The notes below the pieces were generated by a model that saw only the letters and a program-made list of their open reading frames with translations, had not been told where the DNA came from and made no database searches. From assembly GCA_964360035.1 (NCBI GenBank), contig CAYHUJ010000003.1, positions 1 through 36,392 of the forward strand: a stretch of DNA of 36,392 nt, given 5' to 3'. This document shows, piece by piece, positions 27,774 to 35,465 of the stretch. Both the position numbers and the translations under genes were made by a program. The stretch comes from an uncultured Candidatus Saccharibacteria bacterium. Its GTDB lineage: Bacteria > Patescibacteriota > Minisyncoccia > UBA6257 > JACRHY01. How positions within the stretch are numbered: the stretch's first letter is position 1; each line of letters starts with the position of its first letter.

Positions 27774-28511
27774 TTATGCCTGCAAAAGCTTTTTTAAAAT
27801 AAGCATTCCCTCGTTGCCGTAAGCGCCGGCTTTTTGCATCGCTTCCGAAAAGTGGTCTTTGCCGCGCAACGCCGGCAAAGACGGAGAGTGCGGAATTATT
27901 TCATAGGAAACGCCGCAGGCGGCGGCAACTTCGTCCAGGGGCGCGTCATAAGGCCTGTCGTAATAAGGATACAGCCGCGCCGCGCCGCCGGGTTTCAGTA
28001 TTCGCGCTATTTCCCCGATGTTCACTCTTTTGCTTTCCGGCGTCGTCAGGTAAAGCGTTCCAAACAGCGAAAAGACGACGTCAAAAGAATTGCTTTGAAA
28101 CGGCAATTTCGTGAACAAAGCGGAAATGAGGTTCATTTTTCGCGCTCGCTGGCTTTCCGAAAGAAGAAGGTCGCCGTGGCGCTTCGCCAAAGACGCGTCC
28201 AGGCAGATTATTTTCGTATCGGAGAACCGATGAGCCAGCTGGCGGGCGAATTTTTGGAACTCCCCCGAACCGAGATCTAAAATTGTTTTTCCTGCCAGCT
28301 CTCCGGCGTCAATCTGAAGAAATTTTTCGTATTCCCACAAATCGCGGTCGGTCAGCATCGCTTTTTCCGGCTGTTCCCCTCTTCTGATTTTTTCTTCCGA
28401 TTCTCTCCCTGAATAACGCCCCGCGCCGTAAATAAAAAAACGGCGGCGATTTTCGTCGTTATTTTCATTGTCCGAATTATCCGAAAAAACCTGATTCAAA
28501 TTTTCCCGCAT
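27774..28511 (-). CDS. Class I SAM-dependent methyltransferase
   Basis: ILDLGSG, LPFQSNSFDVV, RILKPGG. Confidence 0.85.
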   Translation of the reverse strand: MRENLNQVFSDNSDNENNDENRRRFFIYGAGRYSGRESEEKIRRGEQPEKAMLTDRDLWEYEKFLQIDAGELAGKTILDLGSGEFQKFARQLAHRFSDTKIICLDASLAKRHGDLLLSESQRARKMNLISALFTKLPFQSNSFDVVFSLFGTLYLTTPESKRVNIGEIARILKPGGAARLYPYYDRPYDAPLDEVAAACGVSYEIIPHSPSLPALRGKDHFSEAMQKAGAYGNEGMLILKKLLQA

Positions 28512-28560
28512 TTACCTATAAATTATGACACAAACCCCGATCGTTAAAAAGGCCCCGTTC

Positions 28561-28635
28561 TGGTGGGCGCGATAGGAATCGGACCTATGGTCTTCGCAAT
28601 GTGAATGCGACGTTTTACCATTAAACTACGCGCCC
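28561..28635 (-). tRNA. tRNA-Val(CAC), CCA encoded, atypical T loop (TCCGA)
   Basis: GGGCGCG...TCGCA-TTCACAT-TGCGA...ATAGG-TCCGATT-CCTAT-CGCGCCC-A-CCA. Confidence 0.92.
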
Positions 28636-28684
28636 GTTCACCAAAGCTCATCTCAAAAATAACAAATAAAAGAAAAAAAAGCAA

Positions 28685-28719
28685 AACAAAAAACCCCGCT
28701 TATCGGGGATTTTTGTTTG
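28685..28719 (-). terminator. Terminator after rplL
   Basis: aaacaaaaaaccccg-cttat-cggggatttttgttt. Confidence 0.7.
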
Positions 28720-28738
28720 ATTTTGATTCAACGCTTTT

Positions 28739-29131
28739 CTATTGCAATTCCGCCGTCGCGCCGACTTCTTCCAGTTTTTTCTTCAATTCATCGGCATCGG
28801 CCTTGCTCAAGCCCGTCTTGACGGCTTTGGGGGCGGCGTCAACGATGTCTTTCGCTTCCTTCAGGCCGAGTCCCGTCACTTCTTTGACGATCTTAATGAC
28901 GTTTATCTTTTGATCTCCCACGGCTTTCAAGACGACGTCGTAAGCGGATTTTTCCGCCGCGGCCTCTCCGCCGCCGGCTGACGCGGCCGCTACCGGCATC
29001 GCCGCCGAAACGCCGAATTTTTCTTCAAGCACCTTGACGAGCTCGGCGAGCTCCATCACGGTCAATTTCTCCACTTTGGCAACAATGTCCTGAAATTTCT
29101 CCGGAACATTGACGTTTTTTTCTTCCAACAT
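28739..29131 (-). CDS. rplL: 50S ribosomal protein L7/L12
   Basis: [15 protein letters not shown]...KINVIK...GLGLKEAKD. Confidence 0.98.
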   Translation of the reverse strand: MLEEKNVNVPEKFQDIVAKVEKLTVMELAELVKVLEEKFGVSAAMPVAAASAGGGEAAAEKSAYDVVLKAVGDQKINVIKIVKEVTGLGLKEAKDIVDAAPKAVKTGLSKADADELKKKLEEVGATAELQ

Positions 29132-29165
29132 TTTTTTTATTTGATTAATGTTAATGACGATTTTT

Positions 29166-29660
29166 TTACTTCGCGGCCGCTTTCGCTTTTTCGCTCAAGA
29201 CGTACATAAACGCCCGGATGGGTCCGGCCAAAACGCCGACAACCCGGCCAAGTAAGACATCCCGCGACGGCAGACTTCCGACGGCCATCACCGTCTCGGC
29301 GGCAAGAAATTCTTTTTTCTCCAGATCGTAAGCGCCGAGAATTTTGAATTTCTTGTTTTCTTTGGCGAACTTGGCAAGCGGAGACGCCGCATCGTTCAGT
29401 TCCAGCGGAGAAAAGATCGTTCCCATCTGGGCTTCAAACCGTTCCGGGTCAAAATCTACTCCGGTTTCTTTCAAGGCGATTCTTAAAAGCTTCTTTTTTA
29501 CGACCTTGAAAGACGCTCCCTTCTCCGAAAACGCCCGCCGCAATTTCCGCAATTCTTCCACGCTCACTCCGCCGAAATCGGCGAAAAGCAGATTGCGGCT
29601 TTTTTCCACGGCCGCTTTGCTTTCTTTGATTGACCGCGCCTTTTCTTCCCGAGTCAGCAT
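29166..29660 (-). CDS. rplJ: 50S ribosomal protein L10
   Basis: Upstream of rplL; [11 protein letters not shown]...VVKKKL...LPSRDVLL. Confidence 0.95.
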   Translation of the reverse strand: MLTREEKARSIKESKAAVEKSRNLLFADFGGVSVEELRKLRRAFSEKGASFKVVKKKLLRIALKETGVDFDPERFEAQMGTIFSPLELNDAASPLAKFAKENKKFKILGAYDLEKKEFLAAETVMAVGSLPSRDVLLGRVVGVLAGPIRAFMYVLSEKAKAAAK

Positions 29661-29679
29661 ATTTTTTTTAAATAAATAA

Positions 29680-29785
29680 AAACGGCCTTTTGAGCCGCGG
29701 ACAACGCCAAAAATATTCGGCGTCCTCGACGGGACTTGTTTCGCCTCAATTTCGCTTTGAAGCGGACGCCCGTTGTCTGCGGATT
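29680..29785 (-). ncRNA. L10 leader (rplJ autoregulatory RNA)
   Basis: CCGCAGACAACGGG...CCCGTCGAGG matches the conserved AGAC..GG/CC..CGAGG core; followed by hairpins upstream of rplJ. Confidence 0.7.
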
Positions 29786-29792
29786 CGCGATA

Positions 29793-29821
29793 ATACTACG
29801 GCGTCTCCTGTTTCGTGTCAA
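29793..29821 (-). promoter_or_regulatory. rplJ-rplL promoter embedded in the 3' end of pcm
   Basis: TTGACA (29821-16), 17 nt, TAGTAT (29798-93). Confidence 0.7.
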
Positions 29822-30434
29822 TAGCGCCGTCCTTGACCAGCGGAACGAAGCTGTAGCCGAAAAACTCTTTGGTTTTGAATTCGTCGGCGCCCGTTTTGTC
29901 AATTAAAACGATACTCTGGCCGACCGGCGCCACGATTCGTCCTCCTATTTTAAGTTCGCTCTTCCAAACGTCGGGAATTTTATCGGCCGAAGCGGCGGCG
30001 ATGATTTTATCGTAAGGGGCGTTTTCCGGATACCCGCGCGAACCGTCGCTAAGCAAGACGTTCGCCGCTCCCGACTCAATAAACCCGCGTTTGGCGATGT
30101 TTTTTTCCGCCATAAAACGCAGCTCCGAAATTCTCTCCAGCGCCGTCACTTTGCAGCCCAACTGTGCCAAAAGAGCCGTTTGCCATCCCGAACCGGCGCC
30201 GATTTCCAAAACGTTCTCCCCTTCCTTCGGCTCCAGAAGTTCCAGCATAAAAGCCACGACCAGCGGCTGGGAAATCGTCTGCCCGTGACCGATGGAAAGC
30301 GGCTCATTGGCATAAGCCCTGCTTTTCAGATCTTCCGGCACGAAATCGGCCCGGTCGATTTTTCCAAACGCCTCAATAATCGCAGGCGTTTTCAAATAGC
30401 CGGCTGAAACCAGATAATTCACCAGTTCCTCCAT
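29796..30434 (-). CDS. pcm: Protein-L-isoaspartate O-methyltransferase
   Basis: AYANEPLSIGHGQTISQP, VLEIGAGSGW, APYDKI, FVPLV. Confidence 0.95.
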   Translation of the reverse strand: MEELVNYLVSAGYLKTPAIIEAFGKIDRADFVPEDLKSRAYANEPLSIGHGQTISQPLVVAFMLELLEPKEGENVLEIGAGSGWQTALLAQLGCKVTALERISELRFMAEKNIAKRGFIESGAANVLLSDGSRGYPENAPYDKIIAAASADKIPDVWKSELKIGGRIVAPVGQSIVLIDKTGADEFKTKEFFGYSFVPLVKDGAIDTKQETP

Positions 30435-30522
30435 TAATTATCATTATACCAAAAATAAAGAAAAAAAGGAGGAATCCGGAAGGAGGCGGTGAATTTTAAA
30501 TAAAACCTCCGCGAAGGCGGAT

Positions 30523-30549
30523 AAAAAAACCCGACCTTGACGGTCGGGG
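30523..30549 (-). terminator. Intrinsic terminator after the phosphoesterase gene
   Basis: CCCGACC-gtcaa-GGTCGGG followed by T7 on the minus strand. Confidence 0.75.
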
Positions 30550-30554
30550 GTGCC

Positions 30555-31634
30555 TCACTTTTTATTGTCGTCAAACATGATCGGCGCGTAAATCGTCACG
30601 CCGCGCTTTCTGTCTATCAAAAAGAACGCTTGCTTCGGCGGTTCAAAGTCCGCCTTAATTGAAATCGCGAACGCGTTATAACCGATCAGCGATCCGTTGG
30701 AGATGAACCTCACGTCGTGCTTGGCCTGATGGAAATGGCCGAACACGTCCAAGTCGGCATGCTTGGCCCGGCTCCATTGCGAAATGGCTTTATTGACCGG
30801 AATATAGACGCCACCCACGCCGCCCTGATAGCGGATCATGTGGCCGTGATGGAATCGGATCGTTCGTCCGTATACTTCCACGTACGAATGATAACCGTCG
30901 GCCAACAGAAACTTCACGCGCGGCTCGCTTTTGAATTCCCGGGCGAGACTCGCGTAAATCATATATTCCAGCGAGTGGCCCCGTTCGGTGGTAACGCGCG
31001 TTTTCGGAGTGGTGCGCGCGTGATTGCCGGAATGGCACGGAATGACGATTTCGTCAAATTTCCCGTTTTCCAGCAAAAAAACGATGCCGGAAGTCAGCAG
31101 TTCGCGGGCCTTATTCGCCGCGTCAATCGGGAGCAGCTGGTTTCCTTCCGCGAGCTCCTCGTGAATGTCGTTGCTGAAAAAATCTCCCAACAGCGCCAGC
31201 ACCAGCGTCTTGATAACAGTGGCCTGCCTGTTGATTTCCACCAAGCGCAGTCCGTTGCGAAAAAACTGCGCCGCGCGGCGGCAGGCGATATCAAGATCAA
31301 ATCTATTCAGACCGTTGACGACTCCGGGATCAACCCGCTCTTCAATATGCCAATCGCTGGCAATCATAAAGGCGGTTGACTCCGAATCGCCGGCAGGAGT
31401 TTTCGGATTGATCTTGAACGTTTCCGCCGGCCCGCTAAAGGCCACGAGCGCTTCGTTCTGACGCTCCAACTCGTGCAGTTCGCCGAGCGCGGAGCGGTAC
31501 TTCGCCTTCAGGCGCTTCAATTCCCGGTCGCCTTTCGCGAGCCGGCTCTCAAGGCGCATTTCGTCGCGCGCCTTTAAACGAACAGGGTGCTTTTCTCCGT
31601 CGTTCTCAACATTCCCCTTCTTTTTCTTGGCCAT
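30555..31634 (-). CDS. Calcineurin-like metallophosphoesterase with N-terminal coiled coil
   Basis: SDWH, LGDF, SGNH, HHGH, GHFH, NGSL motifs; SD AAGGAGG. Confidence 0.88.
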   Translation of the reverse strand: MAKKKKGNVENDGEKHPVRLKARDEMRLESRLAKGDRELKRLKAKYRSALGELHELERQNEALVAFSGPAETFKINPKTPAGDSESTAFMIASDWHIEERVDPGVVNGLNRFDLDIACRRAAQFFRNGLRLVEINRQATVIKTLVLALLGDFFSNDIHEELAEGNQLLPIDAANKARELLTSGIVFLLENGKFDEIVIPCHSGNHARTTPKTRVTTERGHSLEYMIYASLAREFKSEPRVKFLLADGYHSYVEVYGRTIRFHHGHMIRYQGGVGGVYIPVNKAISQWSRAKHADLDVFGHFHQAKHDVRFISNGSLIGYNAFAISIKADFEPPKQAFFLIDRKRGVTIYAPIMFDDNKK

Positions 31635-31724
31635 TTCTCCTCCTTATGGCTTATGTTGTGGCTTATGCGATTATGAAAGATCTCGCGATAATTATCGTAC
31701 AAGAAGTTCTTTTTTGTAAAGAGG

Positions 31725-31760
31725 AAAAAATCCCGCCGTTAGTCAACCTTGCGGCGGGAT
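31725..31760 (-). terminator. Intrinsic terminator
   Basis: ATCCCGCCG...CGGCGGGAT followed by a T run. Confidence 0.7.
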
Positions 31761-31764
31761 GAAA

Positions 31765-32058
31765 TCATTGCCGGGGGAAATATCTTCCCAGCAGCTCGCT
31801 TTCGTCGGTGGAGTAAACGCTCAACTCCAACCGCAAAACTTTAATCTGCTCGTCTATCGCCTCCAAAGAAACGCGCGACAGCTCAAATCCTTTAATCATC
31901 AGCATTAAAAAGTTCGAATCGGCCGTTCTGGCGCGGCAAAATTCATCGTGCGCCGTTTTGCCGAGCGCCAGCCAGGCACGCCGCAAATTTTCCATCGCGA
32001 CGATATTGTCGCAGATTTTCTTTTCCCGATCGCTCAGCCCTTTAACGATTTCGTCCAT
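31765..32058 (-). CDS. Hypothetical helical protein
   Basis: ATG 32058 preceded by GAGGAGG; followed by a terminator. Confidence 0.6.
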   Translation of the reverse strand: MDEIVKGLSDREKKICDNIVAMENLRRAWLALGKTAHDEFCRARTADSNFLMLMIKGFELSRVSLEAIDEQIKVLRLELSVYSTDESELLGRYFPRQ

Positions 32059-32134
32059 CTCACCCTCCTCGCGGCTGGTTTTGATCGCCGGATTATGAAT
32101 ATAAAAGAGCCGCTTTATTGTCGTTAAAAGCGGC

Positions 32135-32515
32135 TCAAAAATCAAGCCGTTGACGCCTTTTCAGCAATTCGTCAAACAGCTTTTCGTAAATAAACTTCAG
32201 ATTATCCAGCTCTCCGCCACGCATTATTTCCAGCGCGCTGTGACCGCCGAAATCGTCGCGGGGCGTTATCATCCATAAAACAGCCATTTCCTTCTTTAAA
32301 GAATATCCGTCGGCGAACAGACAGCTCATGAGATTGCCGATGACCCTAAGATAGGAAATGCGCTCTTCAATGTCGGAAACGGCCGACCAATGTTTCGGAA
32401 CGCCGCGCAGTTCCGCAGAAGCGCAGCCGAGAAAAATATCCTGATCTTTTCTGGAAATACCCAATCCGTCCAGCGTCATCCGAATGGCGCCGATTTCCGT
32501 CGCGGTTACCGGCAT
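32135..32515 (-). CDS. Antitoxin Xre/MbcA/ParS-like protein (DUF2384-type C-terminus)
   Basis: A..WM.TP...FGG.SALE.M..G....L pattern; TGATG-coupled to the upstream transglycosylase. Confidence 0.65.
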   Translation of the reverse strand: MPVTATEIGAIRMTLDGLGISRKDQDIFLGCASAELRGVPKHWSAVSDIEERISYLRVIGNLMSCLFADGYSLKKEMAVLWMITPRDDFGGHSALEIMRGGELDNLKFIYEKLFDELLKRRQRLDF

Positions 32516-33354
32516 CACGAATCCCTTTCTTTCAGGTAATCGCGAATGGCTTCGCGATAAGCTAAAGTCGCTTTGACGTAAGCGCGACTGTGATTGTATT
32601 GAAAAATCGCCTTCTCCATCGCCGCCGCGTCGCCGCTCCGGTAGCCGGCCGCTTTCAAAAAATTGGCGGCGGAAAAAATGGCGTCTTCAAAATCAAACAG
32701 GTCAATTTTGCCGTCGCCGTTGCCGTCAACCGCCCGCAAGCGATAGCTGGAAGGCACGAATTGAACGAGCCCAAAAGCGCCCGCCCACGAACCTTTCAAC
32801 TCAAAAATGTCCGCCTTGCTTTCACGAACGAGCAAAAACAAACTCACCAACTCTCCCTTGGCCCAGTCGGACCTTCGTTTGGAGTGGAAAAAGAGAGTGC
32901 TTAGATTATTGATGACGAGTTCGTTTCCCAGATATTTTCCGAAATACGATTCCACCCGCATTATCGCCAAAACGGCAAAACGATCAACGCCGTATTTTTT
33001 TTCGGCCTTTTGAAAAGCGAATTCGTAGCGATTGGCGACGTATTTTCCGGACGCGAGCGATTCTTTATTCAGCAAGCCGAATTCCTCGGAAAAATAGTTG
33101 AACGATTTGGCGGAGATTTTTGATTTCAGCCGCCGGGCCAGTTCGGCGTTAAAACGAACGCGCTCGTCCAGAAAGACGGCGTTAATTTCCGCCTGGCTGA
33201 AACCCTTTTTCCGCAATTCCTTGAATAAGGATTGATATCGCGCCGAGGAAAGCGCCTCCGACGGTTTTTGCGGCTCAACGGCCGCCCAAGACGGCGGCGA
33301 AAACAGCCATAGCGAACAAACGGCGACCAACGGAAGAATCTTCGGGATCTTCAT
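32515..33354 (-). CDS. Secreted lytic murein transglycosylase, MltB family
   Basis: Signal peptide; VESYFG catalytic Glu; GSWAGAFGLVQFVPSS; EF-hand-like DGNGDGKID; YNHS. Confidence 0.92.
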   Translation of the reverse strand: MKIPKILPLVAVCSLWLFSPPSWAAVEPQKPSEALSSARYQSLFKELRKKGFSQAEINAVFLDERVRFNAELARRLKSKISAKSFNYFSEEFGLLNKESLASGKYVANRYEFAFQKAEKKYGVDRFAVLAIMRVESYFGKYLGNELVINNLSTLFFHSKRRSDWAKGELVSLFLLVRESKADIFELKGSWAGAFGLVQFVPSSYRLRAVDGNGDGKIDLFDFEDAIFSAANFLKAAGYRSGDAAAMEKAIFQYNHSRAYVKATLAYREAIRDYLKERDS

Positions 33355-33448
33355 AGCGACGACCTCCTCTTTGAGAGTTTATGACATTTTCAAATTACTG
33401 CCATAAGCATAAAACTCCGCAACGACAACGTCAATAAAGTACGCGCGC

Positions 33449-33486
33449 AAAAAAAAATCCGCCGAATTGCTTCGGCGGTGGGGATT
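33449..33486 (-). terminator. Intrinsic terminator
   Basis: CCGCCGAA-gcaa-TTCGGCGG followed by a long T run on the minus strand. Confidence 0.75.
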
Positions 33487-33763
33487 AATGCTTTCTTTTT
33501 TCGTAAAAGGAAACGTCCGTCTTAAACCTTCCCGACGCCTTATTCAACCGATAAGCGACAACTCGGCCAAAAAAATTATCAACGTTGTCCGCGGCGATCA
33601 AGAGACAACCCCGGAAAGTCAGAGCTTTGGCCTCTCCCAGAACGCGATAATCGCTCCGGTCGCCTAAAAGTTCGTAAATTCTTTTCCGAAAAACCGCCCT
33701 CCCTATTTTCTTTTCAATAATCCGGAAATGAACATCAGCCTTTCTGATTCTCAATCTGCCCAT
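33485..33763 (-). CDS. Basic hypothetical protein downstream of tRNA-Trp
   Basis: ATG 33763 preceded by AAAAGGAGG; followed by a terminator. Confidence 0.6.
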   Translation of the reverse strand: MGRLRIRKADVHFRIIEKKIGRAVFRKRIYELLGDRSDYRVLGEAKALTFRGCLLIAADNVDNFFGRVVAYRLNKASGRFKTDVSFYEKRKH

Positions 33764-33809
33764 TGTTTCCTCCTTTTTGATTTTCAAGGTTCCGCCGCCA
33801 AATCTCCGG

Positions 33810-33880
33810 CGGGTCCAGAGGGAATCGAACCCCCATTAACGGTTTTGGAGACCGTCGTTCTACCGTTGAACTATGAACCC
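33810..33880 (-). tRNA. tRNA-Trp(CCA)
   Basis: GGGTTCA...ACGGT-CTCCAAA-ACCGT...GGTTCGATTCC...TGGACCC-G. Confidence 0.95.
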
Positions 33881-33945
33881 GTTTCAAACGGAATCGTTGC
33901 TCCACTTTGAAATCGCCCATCCCCGCAAAATTTAAGAAAGCTGTG

Positions 33946-34116
33946 TTATTTTTTGCTTTCTTTGTGCGTCGTTCTTTTCCGGCACCATTTGCAGTGCTTC
34001 TTCAGTTCCAGCTTTTTCGTAGAAGTTTTCTTGTTTTTGCGCGTATAATAATTCGTCCGCTTGCAATCGGCGCACCGCATCCTTATCAAGTTTTCCGAGT
34101 ATTTTGATTTTGCCAT
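33946..34116 (-). CDS. rpmG: 50S ribosomal protein L33, zinc-binding form (56 aa, absent from the ORF track)
   Basis: MAKSKYSENLIRMRCADCKRTNYYTRKNKK...KLELKKHCKWCRKRTTHKESKK. Confidence 0.95.
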   Translation of the reverse strand: MAKSKYSENLIRMRCADCKRTNYYTRKNKKTSTKKLELKKHCKWCRKRTTHKESKK

Positions 34117-34135
34117 TGATAGTCAATTAAAACTT

Positions 34136-34165
34136 ATCATAATCCGCCGCCAAGCGAATTGTCAA
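34136..34165 (-). promoter_or_regulatory. rpmG promoter
   Basis: TTGACA, 18 nt, TATGAT. Confidence 0.6.
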
Positions 34166-34222
34166 TTTTTCTCGCTTATATCGGCGGCGGGCCGGCCCGT
34201 TTCGGCCGTCGATTCGCAATTG

Positions 34223-34295
34223 AGCCCACGAGCAGAATTGAACTGCTGACCTACTCCTTACCATGGAGTTGCTCTACCAGCTGAGCTACGTGGGC
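34223..34295 (-). tRNA. tRNA-Thr(GGT)
   Basis: GCCCACG...ACTCC-ATGGTAA-GGAGT...GTTCAATTC...CGTGGGC-T. Confidence 0.95.
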
Positions 34296-34365
34296 ATTTT
34301 TTTAAGATAAGCTTAAATTATTCGGGCTAAAAGTCCAGAGCCCAGTCCCGTTACCGACGTCAACA

Positions 34366-34437
34366 AGCCGAGAGCGAGATTCGAACTCGCGACCTACTGT
34401 TTACAAAACAGTTGCTCTACCACTGAGCTATCTCGGC
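34366..34437 (-). tRNA. tRNA-Thr(TGT)
   Basis: GCCGAGA...ACTGT-TTTGTAA-ACAGT...GTTCGAATC...TCTCGGC-T. Confidence 0.96.
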
Positions 34438-34506
34438 ATTCGTAACGGGGATTAAAGGGCGGTATCGCTAACCAAAAAGCCGGTCAATTTTCCGAAAATC
34501 AGATTT

Positions 34507-34593
34507 TGGTGCGGCGGGCAGGATTCGAACCTGCGCAGCCACAAGGGCGACAGATTTACAGTCTGTTGCGATTGACCGCTCCGCCACCGCCGC
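34507..34593 (-). tRNA. tRNA-Tyr(GTA), CCA encoded
   Basis: GCGGCGG...ACAGA-CTGTAAA-TCTGT, long variable arm, GGTTCGAATCC, CCGCCGC-A-CCA. Confidence 0.96.
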
Positions 34594-34601
34594 ATTTCGC
34601 G

Positions 34602-34982
34602 CTATTGCTTTAACTCTCCGTCGCCGCGTTCCGAGGGGATAATTTTCGCCTCGCTTTCCTTTTCCCCGCCCGCCGATTCCACCATCTCCTTGAAAGTCGG
34701 CCTGGAAAAACCGGCGGCCGTTTTTTCTTTTATCCTGCCGATATGCTTGTTCAGGGCGTTGTCAAGGCGCATAATGGTCACTTTCAGCCGCCGTAAAAAT
34801 TTTTCAACGGACGCGCTGATGATAACATCCGCTTTTTCCAGAGGCAAGGACGCCAGCCAGCGGTCAAGGGCGTTTTTTGATTCTCCTTCTATTTCATTAA
34901 CCCGCGGAACCGCCCGCGAAATTACGTAAATAATCGCACCGACGGCGGCGAAAAAAGCAAATTGCAGAATAAAGTTATACAT
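34602..34982 (-). CDS. Membrane-anchored hypothetical protein downstream of tsf
   Basis: N-terminal TM (ILQFAFFAAVGAIIYVI) then a helical region; 6-nt gap after tsf. Confidence 0.75.
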   Translation of the reverse strand: MYNFILQFAFFAAVGAIIYVISRAVPRVNEIEGESKNALDRWLASLPLEKADVIISASVEKFLRRLKVTIMRLDNALNKHIGRIKEKTAAGFSRPTFKEMVESAGGEKESEAKIIPSERGDGELKQ

Positions 34983-34988
34983 AAAACC

Positions 34989-35432
34989 TTAAAGCTCGTA
35001 ACGGCAAAATTTGCCCACTTTTATGTTCTCGCCCATTTTCGCGATCGCCCTGTTTATCAGATCGCCGATGGTCAGTGACTCGTCGCGAATATACGGCTGA
35101 ACGAGCAGAGCTTCCGTATTTTCGGGATTCATAGCCGCTATCTGCATCGCCAATTGCCTGGCTAAATTCTTAAAATCGTCAACGCGCGCGACAAAATCGG
35201 TCTCGCAGCGCAGTTCAAGCAAAACTCCGACGCGCTCGTTATGAATGTACGAATCTATCACGCCCGCGCCGGTGCCACGCTCGCCTTTTTTAGCCGCTTT
35301 AAGAAGACCTTTTTCGTGAATGACGGCGATCGCTTTTTCAAAATCGCCGGTCGCTTCCTCAAGCGCCTTTTTGCAATCCATTACTCCGGCGCCGGTCGCT
35401 TCCCTTAATTTTTGGACATCGCTCGCGGCCAT
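34989..35432 (-). CDS. tsf: Elongation factor Ts (very short, 147 aa)
   Basis: [32 protein letters not shown]. Confidence 0.96.
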   Translation of the reverse strand: MAASDVQKLREATGAGVMDCKKALEEATGDFEKAIAVIHEKGLLKAAKKGERGTGAGVIDSYIHNERVGVLLELRCETDFVARVDDFKNLARQLAMQIAAMNPENTEALLVQPYIRDESLTIGDLINRAIAKMGENIKVGKFCRYEL

Positions 35433-35465
35433 TGATTATTATATTTTACTTTTTAATTGATTAGA

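Noticed and set aside
27670-28635. Island integrated at tRNA-Val carrying the methyltransferase
   Set aside because: No att duplication or mobility gene is visible.
30440-33880. Prophage or integrative element at tRNA-Trp
   Set aside because: No integrase, structural genes or duplicated tRNA 3' end were found at the other boundary.
33932-34126. 64-aa ORF from the track upstream of tRNA-Trp
   Set aside because: It is an alternative frame over the real rpmG (33946..34116).
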